Assembly (NCBI GenBank): GCA_963714015.1
Contig: OY970223.1
Coordinates: 544,001 to 608,000 of the forward strand
DNA length: 64,000 nt
Origin: Vulcanimicrobiota bacterium
GTDB taxonomy: Bacteria > Vulcanimicrobiota > Vulcanimicrobiia > Vulcanimicrobiales > Vulcanimicrobiaceae
Reading direction: 5' to 3'
Part shown: piece by piece, positions 29,449-40,068 of the stretch
How the letters are laid out: every line of letters starts with the position of its first letter
Numbering within the stretch: position 1 is the stretch's first letter
Notes under the pieces: generated by a model
Database searches by the model: none
Told to the model about the DNA's origin: nothing
What the model saw: only the letters and a program-made list of their open reading frames with translations
Position numbers and translations under genes: made by a program

Positions 29449-30519
29449 ATGCTCGATCTCGTCTTGTCGGCGCTGTTCATCTCGCCGCAATCAACCGCGT
29501 CTCCGACACCCTCACCGGCGCCTTCGCCGGCCGTGGCGGCCGGTTACGACGTCACGCTGTTCGCGCTCGACACGCAAGGGTCGTGGAGTTCGGACTTTTC
29601 GAACGCCACGATAAACTTGACGGCTAACGCCGGCAATCTGCATGGCACTGCGAGCGTCGGCGAGTATAACTTCCCCACCGTTGGTTTTCCGATAGCGCAA
29701 AGCACTGCGTTTCAGTCGAATACCAACCTCTATTCGGTCGTTCCGGTTGGCTCCGTGTCGTACAGCTTGGGCCCGCACTGGAGCGTCGCGGCCGGTAAGT
29801 TCGCGGCGCTGCTCGGCCAAGAGTCGCCTTTTACCTATCAAAACGTCAACATCGAACGCGGTGTGGCTTGGGCAATGGAGCCGACGATAAGCCGCGGCGT
29901 GCAGGCAGCGTATACGACCGGTCCGTGGGCGCTCACGCTGCAATACAACGACGCTTACTATTCCGGGCATGACCGAGCCTTTGAAGGCCTGATCGGATGG
30001 GCGCCGTCCTCAAGCACTAACGTTCAATTCGCCGCAATACTGCCGAACCAGAACGCAGGTCCAAATCCAACGGTTAGCGTGGGAAACAAGGCCGAGTACG
30101 ATTTTATGTATACGCGGCAGATCGGCAAGCTGCAGCTCTTGCCGTACGTTCTGCTCGTGAACTCTCCCTCGTCGGCGAAGCTGGGATACGCGCAGGCCCA
30201 AAGTGCATGGGCCGGCGCAGCGATCGCGACGTGGACGTTCAATACACCGTTGTCCATTGCGCTGCGCTACGAAACAGCGGCCAACGGCAGCTCCGTCTCA
30301 GACAAGCATGGTAACGCGGATCTGATCGGATTCGGTCCGGGCAGCAACGCGCGCACTTTGACGGTTACGCCGGCGCTGCACTTCGGCGATGGCGGAATAC
30401 TTCGCCTGGAATATTCGACGATTTCACTTTCCTCTTATACACCCGGCTTGGGCTTGGGCCCATTGGGAACGGCCGCAGCGCAAGATCGCATCGGTTTTGA
30501 ATTCGGAGTAATGCGATGA
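29449..30519 (+). CDS. Putative outer-membrane beta-barrel porin heading the kdp operon
   Basis: Signal peptide, PSP linker, alternating aromatic beta strands (GKF..LLGQE, LRYE, LRLEY). Confidence 0.72.
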   Translation: MLDLVLSALFISPQSTASPTPSPAPSPAVAAGYDVTLFALDTQGSWSSDFSNATINLTANAGNLHGTASVGEYNFPTVGFPIAQSTAFQSNTNLYSVVPVGSVSYSLGPHWSVAAGKFAALLGQESPFTYQNVNIERGVAWAMEPTISRGVQAAYTTGPWALTLQYNDAYYSGHDRAFEGLIGWAPSSSTNVQFAAILPNQNAGPNPTVSVGNKAEYDFMYTRQIGKLQLLPYVLLVNSPSSAKLGYAQAQSAWAGAAIATWTFNTPLSIALRYETAANGSSVSDKHGNADLIGFGPGSNARTLTVTPALHFGDGGILRLEYSTISLSSYTPGLGLGPLGTAAAQDRIGFEFGVMR

Positions 30520-30602
30520 TTCTCGAAATCGCACTGGTCATTGGATCCATAGCCATCTTCGCCCTTTTGGACTACTACGTCGAAGGCTGCGAGCGGGTGT
30601 AG
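30516..30602 (+). CDS. 28-aa single-TM peptide preceding kdpF
   Basis: MILEIALVIGSIAIFALLDYYVEGCERV. ATGA overlap with the porin, GGAG RBS. Confidence 0.7.
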   Translation: MILEIALVIGSIAIFALLDYYVEGCERV

Positions 30603-30605
30603 CAG

Positions 30606-30695
30606 ATGCATTTTGACGACGTGCTCGGCTTGATCCTGTCGTTGCTGGGGCTTGCGTATCTGATCTTCGCCATGCTTCGGCCGGAAAAGTTTTAA
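30606..30695 (+). CDS. kdpF: K+-transporting ATPase subunit F
   Basis: MHFDDVLGLILSLLGLAYLIFAMLRPEKF, with the YL..A..RPEKF signature. Confidence 0.92.
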   Translation: MHFDDVLGLILSLLGLAYLIFAMLRPEKF

Positions 30696-30703
30696 GAGAC
30701 GCT

Positions 30704-32404
30704 ATGACGATCGCAGGCTGGGCGCAGTGGGCAGTATTCTTTCTGATAATACTGGCGCTCACGAAGCCGCTGGGTTCATACATGGCTCGAGTTTTCCAAG
30801 GGGAACGCACGTGGCTTTCCCCGTTGCTGGTACCGCTCGAACGCGTAATCTATCGTTTCGGTGGGGTACGTGAAGACGAGGAGATGACCTGGTACGGCTA
30901 CGCGCTTTCGATGCTGGCGTTTTCGGCGGTGGGCCTAGCGTGGCTTTACGTGTTGCTGCGCACTCAGCAGTGGCTGCCGCTCAATCCGCAGCACATTCCG
31001 AACATGGCGCCGGGCTTGGCGTGGAACACGGCTGCGAGCTTTCTTACCAACACGAATTGGCAGTTCTACAGCGGCGAGAGCGCCATGAGCTACCTCTGTC
31101 AGATGGCCGGGCTTGCCTGGCACAACTTCGTCTCCGCCGCTGTGGGTATTGCCATGGCCGTCGCGGTCGTTCGCGGCGTGGTGCGCACTTCTCAGAATAC
31201 GCTGGGCAATTTTTGGGTCGACCTCACGCGCTGCTGTCTGTACGTTTTGCTTCCGATTTCGATCGCCGGCTGTCTGCTTTTGGTGATGCTGGGAGTCCCG
31301 CAGAACTTTCACGCTTACGAAACCGTGAAATCCGTTGAAGGCTTTTCGCAGGCCATCACGGGCGGCCCCATGGCCTCGCAAGAAGTCATCAAAGAGCTCG
31401 GCACGAACGGCGGCGGCTTCGTAAACGCCAACTCCGCATCACCGAGCGAGAATCCGACGCCGTTTTCTAATTTTTTCGAGATGATCCTCATTTTCTTGAT
31501 CGCCGCGGGTCTTACGTTCATGTATGGAAGAATGGCCAAAGATACGCGGCAAGGCTGGGCCATCTTCACCGCAATGGCGATTTTGTTTACGGCTGGTTTT
31601 TGCGTTGCTTACGCGGCGGAGTCGGCCGGAAATCCGATCGTTCATCACCTCGGCGTCTCCGGCCCAAATATGGAGGGCAAAGAGTGCCGGTTCGGCATAG
31701 CCGGCTCGGCGCTTTTTGCAACGGTGACGACCGATACGTCTTGCGGTGCAGTGAACTCCATGCACGATTCTTTCATGCCGCTCGGCGGCCTCGTACCGCT
31801 GGTAAACATGCAGCTGGGCGAAATCGCATTCGGGGGGGTCGGCAGCGGGCTCTACGGCATGATCGTCTTCGTCGTTCTCACGGTGTTCATCGCAGGGCTA
31901 ATGGTCGGGAGGACCCCCGAGTTTCTCGGCAAGAAAATCGAGCGGCGAGAGGTGCAGTTCGCAATTCTTGCCATACTCGTGACGCCGGTCCTCTCTTTGG
32001 TACCGACTGCGATTGCGTTGCTGCGTCCCGAAGGCTTAGCGACGTTGAGCAACAACGGGCCTCACGGTTTTTCTGAAATCTTGTACGCATTCACGTCGAC
32101 GAATGCGAACAACGGCAGCGCCTTCGCAGGCCTTGGTCCCAATCTGTTTTACAACATCGCCACGGGGACGAATATGTTCTTCGGACGGTTCGCCGCGGCC
32201 ATTCCTGCGCTGGCGCTCGCCGGTGCGCTGGCCGGAAAGAAAGCTGCCCCGGAAGGGCCTGGGACTTTCACTACCTATTCGCCGATCTTCGTAGCGCTGA
32301 TGCTGGGCACCATTTTGATCGTCGGAGCTTTGACGTTCTTCCCCGCCGACGCGCTCGGCCCCATTGTCGAACATCTGCTCAATTTGCAAGGCAAGACGTT
32401 CTGA
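30704..32404 (+). CDS. kdpA: K+-transporting ATPase subunit A
   Basis: NTNWQ.YSGE, LGTNGGGF, SCGAVNSMHDS, NNGSAFAGL. Confidence 0.97.
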   Translation: MTIAGWAQWAVFFLIILALTKPLGSYMARVFQGERTWLSPLLVPLERVIYRFGGVREDEEMTWYGYALSMLAFSAVGLAWLYVLLRTQQWLPLNPQHIPNMAPGLAWNTAASFLTNTNWQFYSGESAMSYLCQMAGLAWHNFVSAAVGIAMAVAVVRGVVRTSQNTLGNFWVDLTRCCLYVLLPISIAGCLLLVMLGVPQNFHAYETVKSVEGFSQAITGGPMASQEVIKELGTNGGGFVNANSASPSENPTPFSNFFEMILIFLIAAGLTFMYGRMAKDTRQGWAIFTAMAILFTAGFCVAYAAESAGNPIVHHLGVSGPNMEGKECRFGIAGSALFATVTTDTSCGAVNSMHDSFMPLGGLVPLVNMQLGEIAFGGVGSGLYGMIVFVVLTVFIAGLMVGRTPEFLGKKIERREVQFAILAILVTPVLSLVPTAIALLRPEGLATLSNNGPHGFSEILYAFTSTNANNGSAFAGLGPNLFYNIATGTNMFFGRFAAAIPALALAGALAGKKAAPEGPGTFTTYSPIFVALMLGTILIVGALTFFPADALGPIVEHLLNLQGKTF

Positions 32405-32479
32405 ACAGGCGTATCCGCGCTACGCGCTGCGCCCGTCACCATCGTCATAAAGATTTCCGCCAAGAAAAGACGTTTTGAT

Positions 32480-34538
32480 ATGCTTTCGCAACGCCGGCTG
32501 GAGCGCCGCGCCAAAGGCCGTTCGCTGTTTGACTGGGAGATCGTCGGCAGAGCCGCCGTCGACTCGTTCAGAAAACTGGATCCGCGCTGGCAAGCGCGCA
32601 ATCCGGTCATGTTCGTCGTCGAAATCGGTTCGATCGTAACGTCCGGTTATTTCATCGGAGACCTGCTCACGCATGGGAGTCAGGCCGGTTTCGATTTCGC
32701 CATTGCTGCGTGGCTTTGGTTTACCGTCCTCTTTGCAAACTTCGCCGAAGCGGTAGCCGAGGGCCGCGGTAAAGCGCAAGCCGATCACCTGCGTCGCACG
32801 AAGTCCGACACTATCGCGAAAAAGCTCGACGGCTACGGAAACATCTTCCCGATTCCCTCGACCGCACTCCGTAAGGGGGATACCGTGCAGGTTGACGCAG
32901 GCGAGCTGATCCCTGCGGACGGCGACGTCATCAAAGGCGCCGCTGCCGTGGACGAGTCGGCAATTACAGGCGAATCCGCGCCGGTTATTCGCGAGTCCGG
33001 CGGAGATCGCAGCGCTGTAACCGGCGGCACTCGCGTTCTTTCGGACCAAATCGTCGTCAAGGTGACCACTAACCCGGGTGATAGCTTCCTGGATCGAATG
33101 ATCGCTCTCGTTGAAGGCTCGCAGCGCCGGAAAACTCCGAACGAGATCGCGCTCTCGATTTTGCTCTCGGGCTTGACAATCGTCTTTTTGATCGCGGTTG
33201 CCACTTTGGGTCCGTTCTCACTTTACGCCGGCGCGAAGCAGTCGCTCGTCGTACTAATCGCACTTCTGGTCTGTTTGATTCCCACGACCATCGGCGGACT
33301 GCTCTCCGCAATAGGCATTGCCGGCATGGATCGAGTCATGCAGCGCAATGTGCTTGCGATGAGCGGACGCGCAGTTGAGGCTGCCGGAGACGTCGACACG
33401 CTGCTGCTGGACAAGACCGGAACTATTACGCTGGGCAACCGCCAAGCCGTGGAGATCGTTGCGGCGGGCGGGGATCGATCCCAAGGACGCAACGCGGGTT
33501 GCTTTGATGTCGTCGATTCCGGACGAAACGCCCGAAGGCCGTTCAATCGTTGCACTGGCGCAGCGGAGCGGCGTCAATGGCGAAGTGCAATTGCCGCGAG
33601 GATCCAATTTCGTACCGTTCAGCGCGTACACGCGGATGAGCGGAGTCGACATGAACGGCACGCAAATCCGCAAAGGGGCTCCGGACGCAGTGCTCAATTG
33701 GGTTCGCGAGAACGGCGGCACTCCGGCAACGGAACTGGCGCAGACGGTCGAGCGCATCGCGCGAAGCGGCGGCACGCCGCTCCTTCTGGCGCGCGACAAG
33801 GTGGTGCTGGGGGCGATTCATCTCAAAGACATTTTGAAACCCAATATGGCGCAGCGCTTCGATAGGCTGCGCGCAATGGGCATCCGCGCGGTGATGATCA
33901 CCGGCGACAATCCGCTCACGGCGGCCGCTATAGCCAAAGAGGCCGGGGTGGACGATTTCCTAGCCGAGGCGACGCCGGAAACAAAGATGGATCTCATCAA
34001 ACGAGAACAGGCCTCAGGGCGGCTCGTGGCCATGACGGGTGACGGAACGAACGATGCGCCGGCGCTCGCGCAAGCCGACGTGGGCGTCGCAATGAACTCC
34101 GGAACGCAGGCCGCCAAAGAAGCGGCAAACATGGTCGATCTCGACTCGGACCCCACCAAATTAATCGAGGTCGTCGAGATCGGCAAACAGTTGCTGATGA
34201 CGCGAGGGGCGCTGACCACGTTCTCGATCGCCAACGACGTCGCCAAATATTTCGCTATTCTTCCGGCGATGTTTGCGACAGCCTATCCCGCTATGAACGT
34301 CTTGAACGTCATGCGCCTGAGCACTCCGCAGAGCGCGATTCTCTCCGCCGTCATTTTCAATGCGCTGATTATCGTTGCGCTAATTCCGCTTGCGCTCAGA
34401 GGCGTCCGGTACCGGCCTCGGGGCGCCGGCGCCGTGCTGCTGGAGAACGTGATGGTGTACGGCGTGGGAGGCATCATCGTACCGTTCATCGGTATCAAAC
34501 TCATCGATCTCATTCTCGCCGGTCTGCATCTCACGTAG
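32480..34538 (+). CDS. kdpB: K+-transporting ATPase subunit B (+1 frameshift near 33470)
   Basis: TGES, IPTT and DKTGT in frame 1; [17 protein letters not shown] in frame 2. Extra G in a G-rich stretch. Confidence 0.93.
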
Positions 34539-34546
34539 GATTCGAC

Positions 34547-35116
34547 ATGATTAAGTATTTCGGCACGTCGATACGCATGACCATCGTCAGCATAGTTCTT
34601 CTAGGCCTCATCTATCCGTTCGTCATGACGGGAATAGCGCAACTGATCTTTCCGAACCAGGCCAACGGCTCACTCGTACGCGTTAACGGACGAGTGGTTG
34701 GTTCAGATCTTGTCGGCCAGCTCTGGACGAAGCCTCAGTATTTTCATGGACGTCCTTCAGCGGCCGGAAAAGGCTACGATCCAACGCAGACCGGCGGCAC
34801 GAACCTCGGCCCGACGTCCAAGAAATTGATCGACGCCACCAAAGCCGCTATCGCACATGTCGAAGAAGAGAATCCGTCACAGAGCGGTCCGCCGCCGATG
34901 GATCTGGTAACCTCGAGCGCGAGCGGAATCGATCCGGACATCTCTCCCGAAGGCGCATATTATCAAGCCGCGCGCGTGGCAAAAGCCCGCGGCATTCCGA
35001 TCGGCCGAGTGGACGCCCTCATTGCAACGCACATGCATGGCCGCACGCTCGGCTTCCTCGGCGAACCGCGAGTCAACGTCATGGACTTGAACCTTTCGCT
35101 GGACCGCCTTCGCTGA
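34547..35116 (+). CDS. kdpC: K+-transporting ATPase subunit C
   Basis: QANGS, YFHGRPSA, SGIDPDIS, GEPRVNV..LN. Confidence 0.96.
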   Translation: MIKYFGTSIRMTIVSIVLLGLIYPFVMTGIAQLIFPNQANGSLVRVNGRVVGSDLVGQLWTKPQYFHGRPSAAGKGYDPTQTGGTNLGPTSKKLIDATKAAIAHVEEENPSQSGPPPMDLVTSSASGIDPDISPEGAYYQAARVAKARGIPIGRVDALIATHMHGRTLGFLGEPRVNVMDLNLSLDRLR

Positions 35117-35266
35117 AATCGCTCGCGCGCGATGCCCAACGGATTTTGGAGAAAGCTCGCTAACGTTAAAGCCGGAATAATCCAGCCGAACCCGAAACGG
35201 ACGCCATACGCCCGGCGAGGCACCCCCTGAGCGTCTGACGCAGTAAGCCCTCGAAACGTTCTCCAC

Positions 35267-36482
35267 ATGCTATTGCACGTTTTGTTCGCCGCGGCGCTGG
35301 CCGCCGCGCATCCGCAAATCATGGCGAGCGTACCGTACCGCGGGACGTGTGATTTACGTTGGAACGGATGCCGAGCCGCCGGATCATCCCTCGATTGAGT
35401 TCTACGATCCCAAAACGCGCCGCCTCGGAACGCTCGATCGTATCTCGGGTGCGGAATACCGGGCCGCCGAGATGCCGGTGCTCCGGTTCAGCCTTGCAAG
35501 ACCGGCCGTTCGCGTGCTCGAGAGGCGCGTGACGTTGGGCCACGGTGCCGCACGTTTCGGCGGGTCGCTGTGGTACGCTGCACATGCGCGCCAACGCGCG
35601 ACCATGGTTTTGATCCAAGGCGCCGATGATTCCACCCGGCTGATGGGCTTTTTGATTCCGTATTTCGTTTCGCGCGGTTTGAACGTGGTAACGTACGATC
35701 AGCGAGGTACCGGCGTTTCCGCGGGCAATTGGCGCTACACGGGGCCGGAGTCGAAGGCGGCAGATGTGGTGGCGCTCCTGAACGCGATTAAGGACGACCC
35801 GACTGTCGACAGCCGGCGAATCGGCGCGTGGGCCGCGAGTAACGGCGGCTGGGTTGCGCCGATCGTCGCGCACCGCTTTCCGCTCGCGTTTCTGATTCTG
35901 AAAAGTGCTCCCAGCGGCACGATTGCCGAAAACGTGCAGTACGAGATCGAGCAGCAGCTTCGCGAAAACGGCCGGTTCACGACGCAGCAGATCGACGACG
36001 CGATGGCCTTTGAAGGTACGATTTTCAATGCCCTGCAGAGAAATTCCGGATGGGAGGGCGCAGCGAAAGCACTCGAGGCGGCGCGTTCGCAGCCGTGGTT
36101 TTCGTACATGCGCATTCCCCCCGGCTTTACGGCGCCGCCCGTGCCGCCGCTTCTCGCCATGCTTCGGGCCTCGTTGATCTACGATCCCGCGGCAGAGCTG
36201 AATAAACTGCGCGTGCCCACGCTGGCGATATTCGGTGCGCTGGACAAGAACGTCGACGCGGAGCGGAGCGCGGCCCGTCTGCGTGCGGCGTTCCGGCAAT
36301 CCGGGGAGCGCGACCTGACGATCGTTACCTTCCCGAACGCCGGGCACTTTCTCGTTGCGTCCTCCACCGGTTACGAGGACCGGCCGTTGCTTCCGGTGCG
36401 CTACGTGGGCTATCCGGAGGAAATGATCCGGTGGCTCTCAGATCGCCATTTCTGCACCGCGAGCGTTACCGCGCAGCAATAA
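35267..36482 (+). CDS. Secreted alpha/beta hydrolase (+1 frameshift near 35310-35348)
   Basis: Signal peptide MLLHVLFAAALAAA is out of frame with the DQRGTG/ASNGG/GH body. Paralog of 19990..21114. Confidence 0.78.
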
Positions 36483-36594
36483 GCCGCAACTACGGAGGAC
36501 GCGACTCCGCGCACCCTTGTCTGCATTTTGCGGCGATGCAGCGGCCGTAGCTTTTGCTACGGCAAGGATCGCACCGCCGCGTTACTATCGAGCC

Positions 36595-37164
36595 ATGATT
36601 GCATCGACGATTACAGATCTCTGGCTCGCATTCTTCGCATTCTGGCTCGCGGCAGGTTTGTACACGCGCCTGACGAGAAAATCGGCGGTCCGCGGCGAGA
36701 GCGTGCTAAGCACCGTTTTGCAATGGAGCTTCTACGGAGCCGCCGTGCAATTGGCGCTGTTTACCGACTACGCCGTTTTACAGCGTCCCCTCTTCACCGC
36801 GCCGGCTGCCTTCGCGTGGGTCGGGGTCGGTGTCCTCATCGCATCGCTCGGCTCAGCCGTCTGGGCGCGCATCCTGCTCGGCCGAAATTGGAGCGGCACG
36901 ATTCAACGCGTCGCGGCGCACGTGCTCGTCGTTTCGGGGCCGTACCGGCTCGTTCGTAACCCGATCTACGGCGGAATCCTTGCCGGTTTTTACGGAACCG
37001 TCATCGCACACCCAACCATCGGATCCTTGTGCGGATTCTGCGCGCTGCTGGCGTTCTATCTTTGGAAGGTCCCGGCGGAGACAAGGTTTCTGGAGAGCCA
37101 GTTCGGCGAGGAGTACCGACAGTACGAACGGTCGACTTGGGCACTCTTTCCGTACGTCTACTGA
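36595..37164 (+). CDS. Isoprenylcysteine carboxyl methyltransferase-family membrane protein
   Basis: LGRNWS, GPYRLVRNPIY.G, E..FL...FG..Y..Y. Confidence 0.85.
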   Translation: MIASTITDLWLAFFAFWLAAGLYTRLTRKSAVRGESVLSTVLQWSFYGAAVQLALFTDYAVLQRPLFTAPAAFAWVGVGVLIASLGSAVWARILLGRNWSGTIQRVAAHVLVVSGPYRLVRNPIYGGILAGFYGTVIAHPTIGSLCGFCALLAFYLWKVPAETRFLESQFGEEYRQYERSTWALFPYVY

Positions 37165-37832
37165 AGCGACGCGATGCGTGCTAATTTCGACGGGTCCGTC
37201 ACGGTAAGGTAGCCTCCGCTGCTCGCGACGATCCGCTCCTCGCGGAGCTCGCCCAGCGTGCGCGCGACGCTTTCGCGCAGCGAACCCACCGCGTCCGCCA
37301 GTTGCTGCTGCGTGACGCGGGCGCGCAACCCGCCTTCCGATGGCTGGGCGAACGCGAGAATCTGGCGCGCGACGCGCTGACGCAGCGTTGCGAAACTGGC
37401 GAATTCGATCTCGGCCACGGCGAGCCGCAGTTCTCGAGCGAGCTGCTCGACAATCAATAGCGCGGCCGACGCGTCGGTCATCATAACCGCACGTACCACA
37501 TCAGCGTCGACGGCAATAATCCGCGAAGGAATCAGCGTCTGCGCCGACGCTTCGTAAGCGGGGACCATGGCCAGCAAGACGCTGCCGATGAGGTCCGGGC
37601 GCTTCGCGTGAGTCAGCGTCACCTCGCGCCCGTTCGGTGCACTGATAAAGACGCGGAGCAGGCCGCCCGCAATAAGCCCGATACGGTGACGATCGCCGCC
37701 TGCCAGAATGCGCCCCGCCGGCACGGTCACTAAGCGCGCAGTGCGAGCGATCTCGCGCTGGTGCGCCGCGCTCATGCCGCCTAAAATGCTCTCACGAACA
37801 ACTGCCCCAATCACGTCGGCGTCGCTGGGCAT
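37158..37832 (-). CDS. Crp/Fnr-family transcriptional regulator
   Basis: cNMP-binding domain (G.LRV, GREVT) and HTH TQQQLADAVG..RESVAR. Confidence 0.88.
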   Translation of the reverse strand: MPSDADVIGAVVRESILGGMSAAHQREIARTARLVTVPAGRILAGGDRHRIGLIAGGLLRVFISAPNGREVTLTHAKRPDLIGSVLLAMVPAYEASAQTLIPSRIIAVDADVVRAVMMTDASAALLIVEQLARELRLAVAEIEFASFATLRQRVARQILAFAQPSEGGLRARVTQQQLADAVGSLRESVARTLGELREERIVASSGGYLTVTDPSKLARIASLQ

Positions 37833-37891
37833 GCAAAAAACTACGACGCTTGCAGATAGGTTCCCGGCCTACCGTCAGGAACCGGCATACG

Positions 37892-40051
37892 TCAGTTGGC
37901 GTCGGGCGCGTCTTCGCCGGTTTGGGTAAGACGCAATAAAATGAGCAGTTCTCGAGCCCCGGCATCCAGCAGCCGTTTGGCAAAGGGGCCGCGTTCGAGC
38001 CAACGGGGATTACGGAGCGCGCCGCCTACCGCAACCGTCGTTTCGGGCCGTTCCCGCGCGATCTGGAGCACTTTCGCCGGCTTGTCTTTTGCCGATTCAC
38101 AAATCCAGGTGCCGCGATAACTCTCGGTCTCGCGCTGCAGCCGCTCTAGAATTTGGTCGTCCACGGCTTCGCCTTCGCCCGTTACGCAAATGACCGCGAA
38201 CTCCGTGCCCATACGGCGCGCGATCTTCGAGCAGCGTTGAATGAATGCTGCATCGCTCGAGCGCGGCGCAACCGTCAGCAGGAGGCGCTCGAACGGCGCA
38301 CGCGAGCGCGCGCGATCGCGAGCCGCTATTGCCTCGCGAACCGCGAGCTCCCGCAATGCGCGCAGATTGTTCACGCGAAAGAAGTTGTTCAACGCAGCGT
38401 CGATGCGTTCGGCGGAATAGATCTTGCCTTCACGTAAACGATCGCGCAAAGCTTCGGGCGTGATGTCGATGAGGACGACCTCGTCCGCGAGGGTCAGAAT
38501 CTCGTCGGGAAGGGTTTCGCGCACGTCGGTCCCCGTTAGGCGCAGCACCGAGTCCGTGAGCGCTTCGAGATGCTGAACGTTCAGCGTTGTCAGGACGTCG
38601 ATCCCGGCGCGGAGTATTGCCAATACATCCTCGTACCGCTTATGCGCTTGAAAACCGGGAGCGTTGGTATGCGCTAGCTCGTCCACAAGCACGACCTTGG
38701 GCTTGCGGGCAATGACCGCGTCACGATCGAGCTCTTCATAACGGATACCGCCGGCGGTGACGCGCTTGCGCGGAATTACGTCCAAACCTTCGATCAGCGC
38801 CGCGGTCTCTTTTCGCCCGTGCGTCTCGATATAGCCGGCAACGACGTCGACGTCCTCGCTCCGCAGCTGATGGGCGCGATCGAGCATCGCGTACGTCTTT
38901 CCCGATCCCGCGACCGGACCAAGGAACACCGTGAGCTTTCCGTAGCCCGCGCGCGAGCGATCGCCGAAGACGCGCGCAGTGCGTTCTTCTGCCGGAGCCG
39001 CAGCGGTCAAGAACGTCTGCCCTATTCCCGCGATGAACAGGTCGCGATCCAACCGCTGATTTGCAAGCCTCCTCGCGAGCGCACTATTCGGCACGGCGAC
39101 CAGTGAGGCGCGCAACTCGGCAAAGTTCGCCTTGGGATCATTGAAGTCGCCGGAGAGCACTTCACCGTCGAGGTCGTGGGCGATCGGCTCGACGTCCTCT
39201 ACGGGAATCGCCGGTGGACAATACACGAGAAACTGCAGATCCAGCGCGTGCGCTATCGCGGCGGTTCGTTCGAGGAACGGCTCGATCGGCACGCCCGCAA
39301 GCACGAGTGCCGCGGCGCTCGAGACGGTCCCCGCCGAAACGGCGGGTATCGTCAATTCGTCGATCGTGCGCAGCAGCAACTCGCGCAGCACGTACAGCGT
39401 GCGATCGCTGAACGCGCCGTCCAATGCGCGCTCCACGTCTTGCGCCCGCACGACTTTGCCGGAACGCAGGCGGCTCTTGAGCAAAGCGGGGGAGACGTCC
39501 AGCGCGATAACTTCGTCGGCGGCGCGCAGAAAGGAGCGCGGAACGATCTCACGCACCGGATATCCGAGCGCCGCCTCAGCGACCGGTGCCGCCGTCTCCA
39601 AGTGCGCGATGTTGAACGCGCCGAGCACCGAAATTCCCGCATCGCGTAATGCGAGCGCGTCTTGCCAGCGCTTGGGATGAACCGCGCCGGGAAGATTGTC
39701 GTGTGCCAGCTCGTCCAGAATGACCGCGTCCGGATGCGCCGCGATCGCGGCCCCAAAGTCGAATTCGGGAAAATGCTTCCCTTCGATCTCCGCCATGCGC
39801 TCCGGGATTTGCGGGATGCCGCGCGCAAGCGCCTCCAACTCCGGACGGCCTTTGAAATCGACCCAGCCGATCGCGACCTCTTTACCGCCGGCGCGCATCC
39901 GGCGGGCGTCGTCCAGCAAACGCCGAGTCTTACCCGCGCCGGGAGCGCTGGCAATGTACACCAGAAGGCGGGCGCGAACGCGAAGCTCGTCCAAGTATTC
40001 CGAGGCTTTACGCTTACGCTGTTCTTCCAGGTCCTCGGATCGACGGGCCAT
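37892..40051 (-). CDS. kdpD: Soluble tandem KdpD N-terminal-domain protein (KdpD-Usp-KdpD-Usp), no TM or histidine kinase part
   Basis: Two copies of the G.GKT / DELAH.N / KR..D / N..HLE / LREL module. Confidence 0.85.
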   Translation of the reverse strand: MARRSEDLEEQRKRKASEYLDELRVRARLLVYIASAPGAGKTRRLLDDARRMRAGGKEVAIGWVDFKGRPELEALARGIPQIPERMAEIEGKHFPEFDFGAAIAAHPDAVILDELAHDNLPGAVHPKRWQDALALRDAGISVLGAFNIAHLETAAPVAEAALGYPVREIVPRSFLRAADEVIALDVSPALLKSRLRSGKVVRAQDVERALDGAFSDRTLYVLRELLLRTIDELTIPAVSAGTVSSAAALVLAGVPIEPFLERTAAIAHALDLQFLVYCPPAIPVEDVEPIAHDLDGEVLSGDFNDPKANFAELRASLVAVPNSALARRLANQRLDRDLFIAGIGQTFLTAAAPAEERTARVFGDRSRAGYGKLTVFLGPVAGSGKTYAMLDRAHQLRSEDVDVVAGYIETHGRKETAALIEGLDVIPRKRVTAGGIRYEELDRDAVIARKPKVVLVDELAHTNAPGFQAHKRYEDVLAILRAGIDVLTTLNVQHLEALTDSVLRLTGTDVRETLPDEILTLADEVVLIDITPEALRDRLREGKIYSAERIDAALNNFFRVNNLRALRELAVREAIAARDRARSRAPFERLLLTVAPRSSDAAFIQRCSKIARRMGTEFAVICVTGEGEAVDDQILERLQRETESYRGTWICESAKDKPAKVLQIARERPETTVAVGGALRNPRWLERGPFAKRLLDAGARELLILLRLTQTGEDAPDAN

Positions 40052-40068
40052 AACTTCACAGTTAAAAC

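Noticed and set aside
32405..32479. ATAAAGA/GCCAAGA repeats as a KdpE box (similar GTAAAG repeats at 43183-43215)
   Set aside because: Too short and degenerate, and no OmpR-type regulator is in the window.
33455..33485. Programmed frameshift in kdpB
   Set aside because: No slippery heptamer or stimulator seen; fits the local pattern of +1 insertions.
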